From an uncultured Chloroflexia bacterium (GTDB lineage Bacteria > Chloroflexota > Limnocylindria > Limnocylindrales > CSP1-4): a DNA stretch of 64,000 bases. Of the stretch, positions 51,560-61,980 are shown in pieces. Position numbers and translations under genes: made by a program. How positions within the stretch are numbered: position 1 is the stretch's first letter; every line of letters starts with the position of its first letter. Under the pieces are notes generated by a model. It was not told where the DNA came from, ran no database searches, and worked only from the letters and a program-made list of their open reading frames with translations. The DNA is taken from the NCBI GenBank assembly GCA_963790915.1, contig CAWBQS010000003.1:856304-920303 (forward strand), written 5' to 3'.

Positions 51560-54199
51560 TCAGGCGCCCGGGCTGGGAGCGACCGACTCGGCAGGAGTCG
51601 CCTCGCTCTGGTCGCCGGTCCGCAGCGTCCCATCAGGGAGCGCTTCGCTCAGCACGATGTAGCGCAGCGTCCCGCGGCCGTTGATGCCGGCCTGCACGAG
51701 GAATGCGTCGCGGCCATCCCCTTCGGGATCCACGGCCACGACGTCATCAGCGCTGCCCACCCGTGAAGCCGTGGGTACGGGCAGGACCCGCCACTGCCGC
51801 CCGTCCCCGTGGTTCAGGAGCAGCAGATCGTGGAGCGTGGGGACCTGGTCACGCAGGATGTACAGGTCCAGGTCGCCGTCGGCATCGGCGTCGCCGGCCG
51901 CCACGGCGACGGCCCGCGGCACATCGCGCTCGAAGACCGTGCGGAAGCGGCTATCGCGCTGCAGTGACACCACCAGGCGGCCCTCCGAGAGCTGCACGAG
52001 ATCCAGCCGGCCATCTGCGTCGAGGTCCGCCAGCGCCGCATCCACCTCGCCGATGGAGCGGATGCCCATCTCGCTCGCGATGTCGCGCACGCCCAGGCTG
52101 CCCGGCAGGTTCCGATAGAGCAGCAGGCCCTGGCGCGGGTCGCTGGCCTGATGGTCGAAGTAGACGTACAGGAGGTCCGTGCGGCCGTCACGGTCCACGT
52201 CGCCCGTGTCGGCGGCCCAGGCCGTCAGTCCGCTGCGCAGGCCGGGCACGGGGCGCTCGGCGAAGCTCCCGCCACCGGTGTCCTCATAGACGCGCACCGG
52301 CGAAGGGAGGCCATCCATGCGCTTCGTCTCCTGGCCCAGGAAGAGGTCCTCGTCGCCGTCCTCATCGAGATCCAGAAAGCGGACCAGGCGTCCCCGACCG
52401 AAGGGCTCGAGCGCGCCCCCGGCAACAGGATCCGTGCGGGGTTCCAGACCACCCGGATCCAGCCACAGTTGATTGGACTTCGTCGACGTGCCGCGCGATG
52501 CCCCGAAGCTGCAGTACAGGTCCGGCAGGCCGCTGCCATCGACATCGGCTGCCGCGCAGCCATGCCGGTCACCCGACCCGAAGTCGACCGTCGCCCGCTC
52601 GAAGTGCCCTTCTCGCCAGAGGTACAGCAGTGCCGGGCCGCCATGGCGACCGACGAAGAGGTCGTCGTGGCCGTCGCCGTCGAAGTCCGCCACGACAGCG
52701 CCATAGCTCGTCCCGCCGATCGGCAGGCCAACGGCGCGCGCCTCGTCGCTCAGCGTGATCCGCCCGCGGCGCACTCGCGGGCCTGGCGTCGCCGCCGCGG
52801 AGCTCACGACGGTCGGTGGCGAGGCGGTGGCGTCCGGACCCTCCGGTGGCGGTTCGGCCGAGGGAGATGCGCCAGGCGCGCCAGGGGTGTCCGCCGGCTG
52901 GGGCGGCGGCTCTCCGCTCTCGCCTTCCGTGTCGTCGACCGCGACCCCCAGGCGCGAGGCCGCCCGCCGGGCGTCGCGCACCACCTGCGCAGCCTCGCCC
53001 TCGGAGGCGTCATCGCAGGTGCGGGCCACCATGCCGACGCCGGCACCGCTTCGGCGTCCCACGGTCCAGCCGTCCCGGCTGGGGTCGCCCGCGGTACCGG
53101 TCAGACCACCCTCCCACCAGTCGCCGCCGCTGGCGGTGACGGCCCACTGCTCCCCGCTGAGCGTGGCCACGAAGGGCACGAAGTGTCCGGCCTCGCGGTC
53201 CCAGGCAGCACCCACGGCCGTCACCGCGGTGGGCGTGACGGACACGCCAGTCAGCACGATGGCATCCTGGCGCGTGCCCGGGATACGGACGCGCCGCCAG
53301 GCGTCCCCGTCCCAGTGGAGGACGAGCGGCAGCAGTCGTGAGCCAGCGATGCGATGTCCGACCGCCCAGCCGTCCCGCCGCGAGGTCATGGCGATGTCCG
53401 CGAGGACCGCGCGTCCGACAGCCCCGACCTCCTCCCGTCGCCAGCGCCCCTCCGTCCGCCGGAGGATGTACGGGTGCACGCTCGTGCCCCGCAGCACGGT
53501 CCCGACCGCCCAGACGCCGGCATCCGTGACCGAGATGCCGGCCAGCGTCGCACTCTCACCCCGCTCGAGGGGCAGGTCCTGCGAGACCCAGCGATCGCCG
53601 CGCCAGCGCACGATCCAGGGCAGCTGCTGGCCGGGGCGCTGCTGGCGATAGCCGGCCGCCCACGTTCCCAGGCCGGCTGACGCATCCACGCTGGCGAGCG
53701 TGGCGCCGTCCCCACCCGCATCGAAGGTGCGGACAGCGCTCCAGCCGCCCTCGTCCCAGCGGGCCGTGTAGGCGGCGAGCGTCTGCGTGGTCCGCGCGTA
53801 GCCAACGGCCCACAGCGGAGCGGTGGGCCCGGCGCTGGCGATGTCCATGAAGCCCGAGTCCCGCGTTCCGGGCGCCGGCGCACCGACGGCCTGCCAGGTG
53901 TCGTCCCAGAGGCGACGGGCGGCCGGCTGCTGGATGCCCCAGCGGCCCTGCTCGCCACCGGCCAGCCAGGCGCCACCCTCGGCACGCGTCACGACGGCCT
54001 GCGGCACGAAGCCCTGGCTGAAGGTCAGCGATCGCCAGCCGTCCACGCAGACATCGTCCTGCGCGAGCGCGACCCGGGCCGACGGCAGGACGGGCGAGCC
54101 GAGCAGGAGCGCACAGCTCGCCAGGGCGAGGAACAGTCGCCGCCCGATGCCCCACCCCCGCGGATGCCGTCCACGGGGCGCCGTTCCCACCGTCATCAA
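51560..54199 (-). CDS. Secreted beta-propeller protein with FG-GAP/VCBS repeats
   Basis: Signal peptide; W-D-G-x-x-W repeats; ADFDGDGHDDL, DVDRDGRTDL, DLDADGRLDL repeats. Confidence 0.85.
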   Translation of the reverse strand: MMTVGTAPRGRHPRGWGIGRRLFLALASCALLLGSPVLPSARVALAQDDVCVDGWRSLTFSQGFVPQAVVTRAEGGAWLAGGEQGRWGIQQPAARRLWDDTWQAVGAPAPGTRDSGFMDIASAGPTAPLWAVGYARTTQTLAAYTARWDEGGWSAVRTFDAGGDGATLASVDASAGLGTWAAGYRQQRPGQQLPWIVRWRGDRWVSQDLPLERGESATLAGISVTDAGVWAVGTVLRGTSVHPYILRRTEGRWRREEVGAVGRAVLADIAMTSRRDGWAVGHRIAGSRLLPLVLHWDGDAWRRVRIPGTRQDAIVLTGVSVTPTAVTAVGAAWDREAGHFVPFVATLSGEQWAVTASGGDWWEGGLTGTAGDPSRDGWTVGRRSGAGVGMVARTCDDASEGEAAQVVRDARRAASRLGVAVDDTEGESGEPPPQPADTPGAPGASPSAEPPPEGPDATASPPTVVSSAAATPGPRVRRGRITLSDEARAVGLPIGGTSYGAVVADFDGDGHDDLFVGRHGGPALLYLWREGHFERATVDFGSGDRHGCAAADVDGSGLPDLYCSFGASRGTSTKSNQLWLDPGGLEPRTDPVAGGALEPFGRGRLVRFLDLDEDGDEDLFLGQETKRMDGLPSPVRVYEDTGGGSFAERPVPGLRSGLTAWAADTGDVDRDGRTDLLYVYFDHQASDPRQGLLLYRNLPGSLGVRDIASEMGIRSIGEVDAALADLDADGRLDLVQLSEGRLVVSLQRDSRFRTVFERDVPRAVAVAAGDADADGDLDLYILRDQVPTLHDLLLLNHGDGRQWRVLPVPTASRVGSADDVVAVDPEGDGRDAFLVQAGINGRGTLRYIVLSEALPDGTLRTGDQSEATPAESVAPSPGA

Positions 54200-54217
54200 G
54201 GGCAGTCTACGCTGCCG

Positions 54218-54664
54218 CTACTCCTCGCCGATATCTTCGTTCCAGATATCGGGATGACGGGCGATGAACTCGGCCATGAGGGCCTTGCACGCCGGGGAAT
54301 CGAGGTTGATGACCTCCACGCCTCGCGAGCGCAGGTAGTCCTCGCCGCCCATGAAGGTCGCGTTCTCACCGATGACGACACGCGGGATGCCGTAGAGGAG
54401 GATGGCGCCCGTGCACATGTCGCAGGGCGAGAGCGTCGTGTACATCGTGCTGCGTCGGTAGACCGAGGCGTGCAGGCGGCCGATGTTCTCCAGGCAGTCG
54501 GTCTCACCGTGGCGGATCGCACTGCCCTGCTGCACGCGACGATTGTGTCCGGAGCCCAGCACCGCCCCATCGGCGACGAGGGCCGCGCCGATGGGCACGC
54601 CGCCCTCGGCGAGCCCGGCAGCGGCTTCCTCGATCGCGACGCGCATGAAGGCCTGGTCGTCCAT
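54218..54664 (-). CDS. Cytosine/nucleoside deaminase (fungal FCY1-like)
   Basis: HGETDC and LSPCDMC zinc motifs; WNEDIG. Confidence 0.92.
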   Translation of the reverse strand: MDDQAFMRVAIEEAAAGLAEGGVPIGAALVADGAVLGSGHNRRVQQGSAIRHGETDCLENIGRLHASVYRRSTMYTTLSPCDMCTGAILLYGIPRVVIGENATFMGGEDYLRSRGVEVINLDSPACKALMAEFIARHPDIWNEDIGEE

Positions 54665-54683
54665 GTCCCCTCCTGTGTCTGGC

Positions 54684-55599
54684 TCAGGTGCGACGGTACG
54701 CCTTCAGGTAGGCGCCCGGGTACGGCACGTTGCGGCCGGACAGGGCCAGGGCCGCGATGACGACGATGTAGGGCAGTGCCAGCATCAGCTCGTTGGGCAC
54801 GCCCTCGAAGCCGGGGGTGATGCGCAGGCGCAGGCCGAGTGAGAAGACGGCCGCGAAGACGAGAGCGCCGAGGACCCCGCGGAAGATGCGCCAGCGCCCG
54901 AAGATGACGAGGGCGATGCAGACCCAGCCACGTCCCGCGATGATGTCGAGCGTGAAGGTGCCCAGCATCGAGAGCGTGATGAAGGCGCCGCCCACGGCCA
55001 TCAGGGCGCTGCCGATCATGAGCGCGATGTAGCGGATCCGAAAGACGCTGATGCCGGCCACGTCGGCCGCCTCCGGGTTCTCGCCCACGGCCCGGATGGC
55101 CAGGCCCAGCGGTGTCCGCGCCAGGATCCACCATGCCGCCGGGACCACGAGCAGGAAGGCCGCGTAGGTCAGGCCGTACTGGTTGGCCACGGAGCCCAGC
55201 GGACCCAGGCCGGCGAGGGGATTCCAGAGGGGCATGGGGTCGATGCGCGCCAGCGACGTCGCCGGAGAAGATGAGCCGGTTGACGAACTCCGAGACGCCG
55301 ATGAGGCCGATGGTCAGGCCCAGGCCGCTGACATGCTGGTTGGCGCCCAGGGTGACCGTCAGGAGACCCATGATGGCGCCCGCGATGATGCCTACGACGA
55401 TGGCCGCCGCCAGGCCGACGAGCGGCTCTCCCGTCTGGAAGGCGACCGCGAAGCCGAAGAAGGCCCCCGCGTACATGGTGCCCTCGATGCCGAGGTTGAG
55501 CACCCCCGCGCGCTCCGCGTACGTCTCGCCGACGGTGCCGTAGACGAGCGGGGTGGCGTTGCGGAACGTGGCCGCCAGGATGTCTGCCACGAAGATCAT
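54684..55599 (-). CDS. Nucleoside ABC permease, frameshift near 55250
   Basis: ERAGVLNLGIEG; AVGENPEAA; AGRGW. Confidence 0.88.
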
Positions 55600-56744
55600 G
55601 CCGGCGGTCCCTCCGCGCTGGCGGTGGACTGTGGCTCCGCGGACGGCGGCTCACCCTCGTCCGCGGGGCGCTCGTCCTGCTGGCGGGAGCGATGCCGCCG
55701 CAGGGCCAGCGCGCCGATGACGACGAGCAGGAGCGTGCCTTCCACGACCGCCCCCAGCTGCGAGGGGATCTGCAGGCTGCGCACGGCCGATGAGGCGCCC
55801 ACGGAGAGATCGCCCAGGAGGAGGCCGGCCAGCAGCACGCCGGGCATGGTCAGGCCGCCCAGCATGGCCACCACGATGCCCGTGTAGCCGAAGCCCGGTG
55901 AGATGCCCGCGGTCAGGCGGAACTGGATGCCCGCCACCTCGCTGACGCCCGCCACGCCGGCGATGGCGCCGCTGACCAGGGCCACGCGCAGCAGCGTCCG
56001 TTCCACCTTGATGCCAGCGAAGCGCGAGCCGTGGGGAGACAGCCCCACGGCCCGCAGGCGCAGGCCGGTCGCCGTCCGGCTCAGCACCCACCAGGCCACG
56101 ACGATGACGACGATGGCGACGATGAAGCCGAGGTGCAGTCGCGAGCGGCCCAGGAAGGGCAGGAAGGTGGACAGCCTGGGCAGCTCGGCCGACTCCGCGA
56201 TGCGCGGCGATTCCGGGAAGCCCGTCTCGGGGTCCGTCCATGGCCCATGGAGAAGGCCCTCCACGACGAGGAGAGCCACCGGGTTGAGCAGCAGCGTGGT
56301 GACGACCTCGTCGATGCCGAGACGCACCCGCAGCAGCGCGGGCAGGAGCGCCCAGGCGGCGCCGGCGAGGGCCCCGGCGGCGATCATGAGGGGCAGCACG
56401 ACGAAGGAAGGCCAGCCATGGACGACCTGGCCGATGCCGGCGGCCGCCACGGCCCCCATGAGGAGCTGGCCCTCCACGCCGATGTTCCAGTAGCCCGCTC
56501 GGAAGGCGATGGCCACGGCGGCGCCCGCGAAGAGCAGGGGCGTGGCGACGTTGAGGACCTCCCAGAGCGTGAACTCCCGGGTCAGGGGCGCGACGAAGTA
56601 GGCGAGGTAGGCGTCGAGGGGGTTGGCGCCAGCGGCCACGAACGCGGCACCGGTGACGGCCAGCACGACGATGACGGCGCCAGCCACGATGGCGCCCGTG
56701 CGGCCCACCCGCGCTTCCGCGGCGCGGCGCGCCTCCAGCATCAT
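55596..56744 (-). CDS. Nucleoside ABC permease
   Basis: WNIGVEGQ, EVVTTLLLN, GFGYTGIVVA. Confidence 0.9.
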   Translation of the reverse strand: MMLEARRAAEARVGRTGAIVAGAVIVVLAVTGAAFVAAGANPLDAYLAYFVAPLTREFTLWEVLNVATPLLFAGAAVAIAFRAGYWNIGVEGQLLMGAVAAAGIGQVVHGWPSFVVLPLMIAAGALAGAAWALLPALLRVRLGIDEVVTTLLLNPVALLVVEGLLHGPWTDPETGFPESPRIAESAELPRLSTFLPFLGRSRLHLGFIVAIVVIVVAWWVLSRTATGLRLRAVGLSPHGSRFAGIKVERTLLRVALVSGAIAGVAGVSEVAGIQFRLTAGISPGFGYTGIVVAMLGGLTMPGVLLAGLLLGDLSVGASSAVRSLQIPSQLGAVVEGTLLLVVIGALALRRHRSRQQDERPADEGEPPSAEPQSTASAEGPPA

Positions 56745-58261
56745 GCCGCCACCTGTCCGCGGCCGGCCATGAGCATGCCCAGCCGCTCCGGGTCCGCCTC
56801 CGCGGCGGGCATGCCGCCCACGATGCGACCCTCGTAGAGGACGACGAGGCGGTCGGACAGCGAGAGCAGCTCCTCGAGGTCTTCGGAGAAGAGGAGGATG
56901 GCGGCGCCCTCGCGGCGACGGGCCAGCAGGACCTCGCGGACGTATTCGCTGGCACCCACGTCCAGACCGCGCGTGGGCTGCGAGACGATGATCACGGCCG
57001 GCTGGCGGGAGAGCACCCGCGCCAGCAGCACCTTCTGGATGTTGCCGCCGGACAGCGTGGCCACGCGGTCGCCCGGGGCGGCCTTGATCTGGTACTGGTC
57101 GATGAGCTCGCGGGCGTGCTGCTCCACCATGGCGCGGTCCAGGCGGCCGCCCCGCGTGAAGTCTTCGATGTGCTCAAGGATCAGGTTCAGGGAGACCGGC
57201 AGATCCAGGACGAGGCTGGCATGGCGGTCCTCGGGGATCCGCCCGACGCCCGCGGCCATGATCGTCGCGGGATCCGCGCCGCCCAGCTCCCGACCTTCCA
57301 CGCTGACGGTGCCCGCGGTGACCGGCCGCATGCCCGAGAGCACCTCGGCCAGCTCCGTCTGGCCGTTGCCGGAGACGCCGGCCACGCCCAGGATCTCCCC
57401 GGCTCGCACCTCCAGGGAGACGTCATGCAGGGCCGGCAGCCCGCGGTTGCCGCGCGCAGAGACGCTGCGCACCCGCAGGCGGGCCTCGCCGCCACCCCAG
57501 AACGTCTCCTGCTGGCCGATGCCGAAGGTGGGCCGCCCCACCATCATGCGGGCCAGCTCGCGTTCGTCCGTCGTGCCGGGTGCCGTGCCCACGAGGCGAC
57601 CGCGGCGCATGACGCTGACGCGGTCACTGATGGCCCGCACCTCTCCCAGCTTGTGGCTGATGAAGACGACCGAGAGTCCATCGGCGACCAGGCGCCGAAG
57701 CGTCTCGAAGAGCGCCTCGACCTCGTGGGGCACCAGGACGGCCGTGGGCTCGTCGAGGATGAGGACGCGGCAGTCACGCGATAGGGCCTTGACGATCTCC
57801 ACGCGCTGCTGCTCGCCGACCGAGAGCTGCCGCACGATGGCATCCGGTCGCACGGCGATGCCGAACCGCTCGGAGGCCGCTTCCACCGCGCGCCGCGCCG
57901 CGCCGAGGTCCAGGCGCGCCCCGCGGGCGCGTCCCAGGATGACGTTCTCGGTGACGGTCATGGGTTGCACCAGCGAGAAGTGCTGGGTGACCATGCCCAC
58001 GCCCGCGGCGATGGCATCTCGCGGGGAGGCGATGGCGACCGCCCTGCCGCCCACGGCGATGCTGCCGCTGTCCATGCGTGTCAGCCCGTAGAGGATGCGC
58101 ATCAGCGTCGTCTTGCCGGCGCCATTCTCACCCAGCAGGGCGTGCACCTCGCCGGGTGCCAGCGCCAGGTCCACCCCGTCGTTGGCGACGAGGTCACCGA
58201 AGCGCTTGGTGACGCCACGCAGATCGGCGGCCAGGTCGCCCTGGCCGCCGATGCCGATCAT
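56741..58261 (-). CDS. ABC ATP-binding protein (CUT2 type, two NBDs)
   Basis: GENGAGKTT, LSVGEQQR, LSGGNIQK, QPTRGLD. Confidence 0.93.
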   Translation of the reverse strand: MIGIGGQGDLAADLRGVTKRFGDLVANDGVDLALAPGEVHALLGENGAGKTTLMRILYGLTRMDSGSIAVGGRAVAIASPRDAIAAGVGMVTQHFSLVQPMTVTENVILGRARGARLDLGAARRAVEAASERFGIAVRPDAIVRQLSVGEQQRVEIVKALSRDCRVLILDEPTAVLVPHEVEALFETLRRLVADGLSVVFISHKLGEVRAISDRVSVMRRGRLVGTAPGTTDERELARMMVGRPTFGIGQQETFWGGGEARLRVRSVSARGNRGLPALHDVSLEVRAGEILGVAGVSGNGQTELAEVLSGMRPVTAGTVSVEGRELGGADPATIMAAGVGRIPEDRHASLVLDLPVSLNLILEHIEDFTRGGRLDRAMVEQHARELIDQYQIKAAPGDRVATLSGGNIQKVLLARVLSRQPAVIIVSQPTRGLDVGASEYVREVLLARRREGAAILLFSEDLEELLSLSDRLVVLYEGRIVGGMPAAEADPERLGMLMAGRGQVAA

Positions 58262-58284
58262 GGGAAGTGGTGAAGCCGCTTCGG

Positions 58285-59307
58285 CTATTCCGACGCCGGG
58301 ATGACCGAGCCGGCCGGGGTGCTCTCGTTGATGTCGACGCGGAAGATGCCGGACTCGATCTCCGACTCCCTGGCCGTCACCTGCTCGACGAGCTCTGCTG
58401 GCACCTCGCGAACGAGCTCCGTGGCGATGGGCGCGAGGGCCGCGCCACCCCTGGCGAACATGCTGAAGTCCTTGAGGTCCTGGGCCGTGTAGGTGCCGCC
58501 GACGACCTGGTCGACGACGTACACGGCGGTGGGCTGCATGTCCCAGGTGACGCTGGTGACGACGTTGTCGGGGGCCAGGGACGACTGGTCGCTCATGTTG
58601 CCCACGGCGATGACGTCGTTCTCGTCGGCGGCCTCGATGACACCGAAGCGCTCCGCGTAGAGGACGTCCGCGCCGGCGTCGATCTGGGCCAGGGCGGCCT
58701 CCTTGGCCGCGGCCGGGTCGAACCAGCTGTTGATGAAGCTGACCTTGGCCTCCACCTCGGGGTTGACCGCCACGGCACCGGCGATGAAGGCGTTGGCGAG
58801 ACGGTTGACCTCCGGCACGGGCATGCCACCCACGACGCCGATGACGCCGCTCTCGGTCAGGCCGCCGGCCAGCATGCCGGCCAGGTAGGCGGGCTCGTGG
58901 ATCCAGTTGTCGAAGACCGACAGGTTGGGCTCCGCGGGACCGCCGCCGGAGCCGAAGACGAAGGCGATGTCCGGGTAGTCGGCCGCCACGGCGCGCACCG
59001 CTTCCTCATTGCCGAAGGCATCACCGAAGATGATGTCCGGGACGTCGATCTCGGCGACCTCGCGCAGGGTGCGCTCCATGTCGCCGGACCAGCCCAGGTC
59101 GTCGGCGAACGTGTAGTCGATGCGGCCGGCATCGGCCTCGGCCTGCAGGGCTGCGTGGATGACGCCGTCCCAGGGTTCCTCGATCTGCGTCGCGTAGGCG
59201 CCGAAGACCTTCAGTGGATCATCCTGGGCCACGACCGAGCTCGTGCTCGCGGTCGCGGTGAGTACCAGCGCTGACAACGCTGCACACAGGGGAAGACGCT
59301 TGACCAT
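58285..59307 (-). CDS. BMP family nucleoside-binding protein
   Basis: Signal peptide; AYLAGMLAG, SWFDPAAAKEAA. Confidence 0.9.
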   Translation of the reverse strand: MVKRLPLCAALSALVLTATASTSSVVAQDDPLKVFGAYATQIEEPWDGVIHAALQAEADAGRIDYTFADDLGWSGDMERTLREVAEIDVPDIIFGDAFGNEEAVRAVAADYPDIAFVFGSGGGPAEPNLSVFDNWIHEPAYLAGMLAGGLTESGVIGVVGGMPVPEVNRLANAFIAGAVAVNPEVEAKVSFINSWFDPAAAKEAALAQIDAGADVLYAERFGVIEAADENDVIAVGNMSDQSSLAPDNVVTSVTWDMQPTAVYVVDQVVGGTYTAQDLKDFSMFARGGAALAPIATELVREVPAELVEQVTARESEIESGIFRVDINESTPAGSVIPASE

Positions 59308-59511
59308 CGATCAGGAACCCTCCAGCGCCGGGAGGTAGGCGTACCCGGCGGGCGATGTCCAGACCTCCACTCGCTCGAGTGTTCATCCTAGCGGTCCCGG
59401 GGCCATCGTGGTCAAGTGACCGCGCGGTTCCGATGTGGGAACGGCCCGCGCTCGGCAGCCACGCTCATGGTCGGCGGCGTGTCAGCGGTCATCCGGGCCC
59501 TTGCCCGGCAG

Positions 59512-61212
59512 TCAGCGGCGGCGGGCAGCGGCTGCCGCCAGGAGGGCGGCCTCCGTGGGCGTGGCGCCAAGGCCAAGCCGCGCACCGAGCCTGGCTGCCA
59601 CGGGAGGCTCAAGGTCGGCATCGGCCAGGACGGGCCAGGCCGCCTCGCCGAAGGCCTCCTCCGGCGTGCCGTCCAGGGCGACTCGCCCGCCGTCGAGGAC
59701 GACCACCCGTGCCACCGTCTCCGCCACGAAGCGCAGGTCCTGGCTGATGACGATGACCGTCCGACCCTGCTCAAGGAGAGCGCGCACGATAGCCTGCACG
59801 TGCTGGACGCCGGCCGCGTCCAGGCCGGCGGTGGGCTCGTCGAGGACGACGACCGGCGTGGCCATGGCCAACAGTGAGGCGAGGGCCAGCAGCTTGCGCG
59901 GACCCTCGCCCAGGTCGTAGGGGTGGCGCTCAGCTGCGTCCCCCAGGCCCACGGCTGCCAGGGCGGCCATCACGACAGCCTCGCGACGCCCAGCATCGAA
60001 GCCCAGCTGTCGGGGTCCGAAGGCGACCTCGTCGCGCACCGTCCGGGCGAAGATGCCGCGGTCGGGATCCTGGAAGCCGACGGCCACGCTGCGGGCCAGC
60101 TGCGCGACCCGGACGGCCGCGACGTCTCGCCCGTCCACGAGGACCCGCCCACGGTCCGGCCGCAGCAGGCCCACGAGGTGGCGTGCCAGCGTCGTCTTGC
60201 CGCTGCCGTTGGCGCCGACGATGGCCACACCCTGCCCGCCCGGCAGGGCCAGGTCCAGGCCGTCGAGGACGGGCGGACCGCCCGGGTAGGCGAAGTGCAC
60301 GGCCTCCAGCGCGATGTCGATGGGGGCGGCGGTCGCTGGAGGCAGCGGCAGAGGCGGGGGGGCAGAGGCAACGGCGGCAGGGACGGTGACGGCGGTTCGG
60401 CCACTGGCGAAGCCAGCGTCGGCGCCGGCTCGCGCATCGTGCTCAGCGTGTGCCAGCAGGCGAGCCAGGCGCCGCTCGGCAGGCTCCGCGACGCCCAGCT
60501 CCCAGGTCGCCGGGTCATCCAGCAGCTCCGCGGCCCTGCCCTGCCGGGCGATGCGCCCATCGACGAGCAGGGCCAGCCGGTCCGCTTCGGTGGCGGTCTC
60601 ATCCGCATCGTGGCTGGCCAGCAGCACCGTGGCGCCCCCGGCGGCGGCTCCGGCCACGGCCGTCCGCAGTCGCGCGCGACCGGCGCCATCCAGGTGCGCC
60701 AACGGCTCGTCCAGCACGAGGTGACGTGGCCGCATGGCCAGCAGGCCCGCCAGTGCCACCAGCTGCTGCTGCCCGCCGGAGAGCCGCGCCGGGTCGTGGC
60801 CTGCCAGCTCGCCGATGGCCAGGGCCTCCAGCGCCGCGTGGGCCCGCACCAGCACGTCGTCGTGCGGCAGTCCCAGGTTGGCCGGCCCGAAGGCCACCTC
60901 CTCGAGGACCGTCTCGGCCACCATCGAGAGCTGACCCGCGGGTCGGCCGGTGGCGGTCGCGATCGTTCCGCAGAGCTCGTGCATGGGCATGTCGCGAACG
61001 TCCCGCCCGTCCACCAGGAGGGCGCCGCGGAGGGACCCACTCACCACCCGCGGCGCCAGGCCACCCAGGACCAGGCAGAGCGTCGAGAGCCCGGCAGCGC
61101 CCGCCCCCAGGAGCGTCGTCAGGCTGCCTGATGGCAGCTCCAGCGAGACATCGCGGAGGCTGTCTGCGGGTGCGCCGCGGTAGCGGAAGGTGGCCCCGCG
61201 CAGGGTCAGCAC
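59512..61212 (-). CDS. ECF transporter duplicated ATPase
   Basis: EVAFGP, LSGGQQQ, GANGSGKTT, FQDPD; first Walker A degenerate (GAGAAGLST). Confidence 0.88.
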   Translation of the reverse strand: MLTLRGATFRYRGAPADSLRDVSLELPSGSLTTLLGAGAAGLSTLCLVLGGLAPRVVSGSLRGALLVDGRDVRDMPMHELCGTIATATGRPAGQLSMVAETVLEEVAFGPANLGLPHDDVLVRAHAALEALAIGELAGHDPARLSGGQQQLVALAGLLAMRPRHLVLDEPLAHLDGAGRARLRTAVAGAAAGGATVLLASHDADETATEADRLALLVDGRIARQGRAAELLDDPATWELGVAEPAERRLARLLAHAEHDARAGADAGFASGRTAVTVPAAVASAPPPLPLPPATAAPIDIALEAVHFAYPGGPPVLDGLDLALPGGQGVAIVGANGSGKTTLARHLVGLLRPDRGRVLVDGRDVAAVRVAQLARSVAVGFQDPDRGIFARTVRDEVAFGPRQLGFDAGRREAVVMAALAAVGLGDAAERHPYDLGEGPRKLLALASLLAMATPVVVLDEPTAGLDAAGVQHVQAIVRALLEQGRTVIVISQDLRFVAETVARVVVLDGGRVALDGTPEEAFGEAAWPVLADADLEPPVAARLGARLGLGATPTEAALLAAAAARRR

Positions 61213-61980
61213 GGGGGCGACCAGCCGGCCACGCGGGCCAGCACGAGAAGGACGACCGCGGCAGCCATGAACCAGCGCGCCAGCCGCTGCCAGGGTCCAT
61301 CCAGCGATGGCCGCAGCGCCGTGTGCCGGCCCGGGCGGGTGAAGGCTCGCACCTCCAGGGCAAGCGTGCGAACCTCGGCCTCGGCCACAGCGCCCGCGAC
61401 CGTCGGTCCCACCAGTGCGCCGATGCCGCGCAGTCGAGCCATCAGGCTGCCACCGCTGTCCAGGCCACGCGCCTGCTGCACCTCGGCGACCTCGCGGGCG
61501 CGTTCCGCAAGCCTCGGGACAGCGGAGGCCGCGTTGTGGATGACGAACGCCAGCCGCGCGGGCACGCCATGCGCCGCCAGGCTGGCGACGAGTTCGGCGG
61601 GCCGGGTGGTGAGCGAGAAGAGCGTCACGGCGCCGGCCATGACGACGATGCGCACGCTCATCTCCAGGCCCAGCCGCAGCCCCTCGTCGCTGATGCCGAG
61701 CGGTCCCAGCGTCACGGCCTCGTTGTCGCCGGGTGTGAAGAGGACATTCACGAGCAGGGCTGCGACGGCCAGTGGCAGAGCCAGCAGGATGGTTGTGCGG
61801 AGGAGGCGCGGCAGGATGCCGGCGACGGCGGCTGGCAGGAGGACCGCCGGGATGGCCACCAGCAGCGGCACACAGATGCCGCCGGCCGCCACGACCGTCA
61901 GCAGCGTGGCCGCAGAGAGGCTGAGCCGAGTGAGGGGGTCCAGGCGGTGCCAGGCCGTGGCCGGCTCAGCGGGCAGCGTG
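61206..61980 (-). CDS. ECF transporter T component
   Basis: WHRLDPLTRL, QQARGL, ALEVRAF; start approximate. Confidence 0.85.
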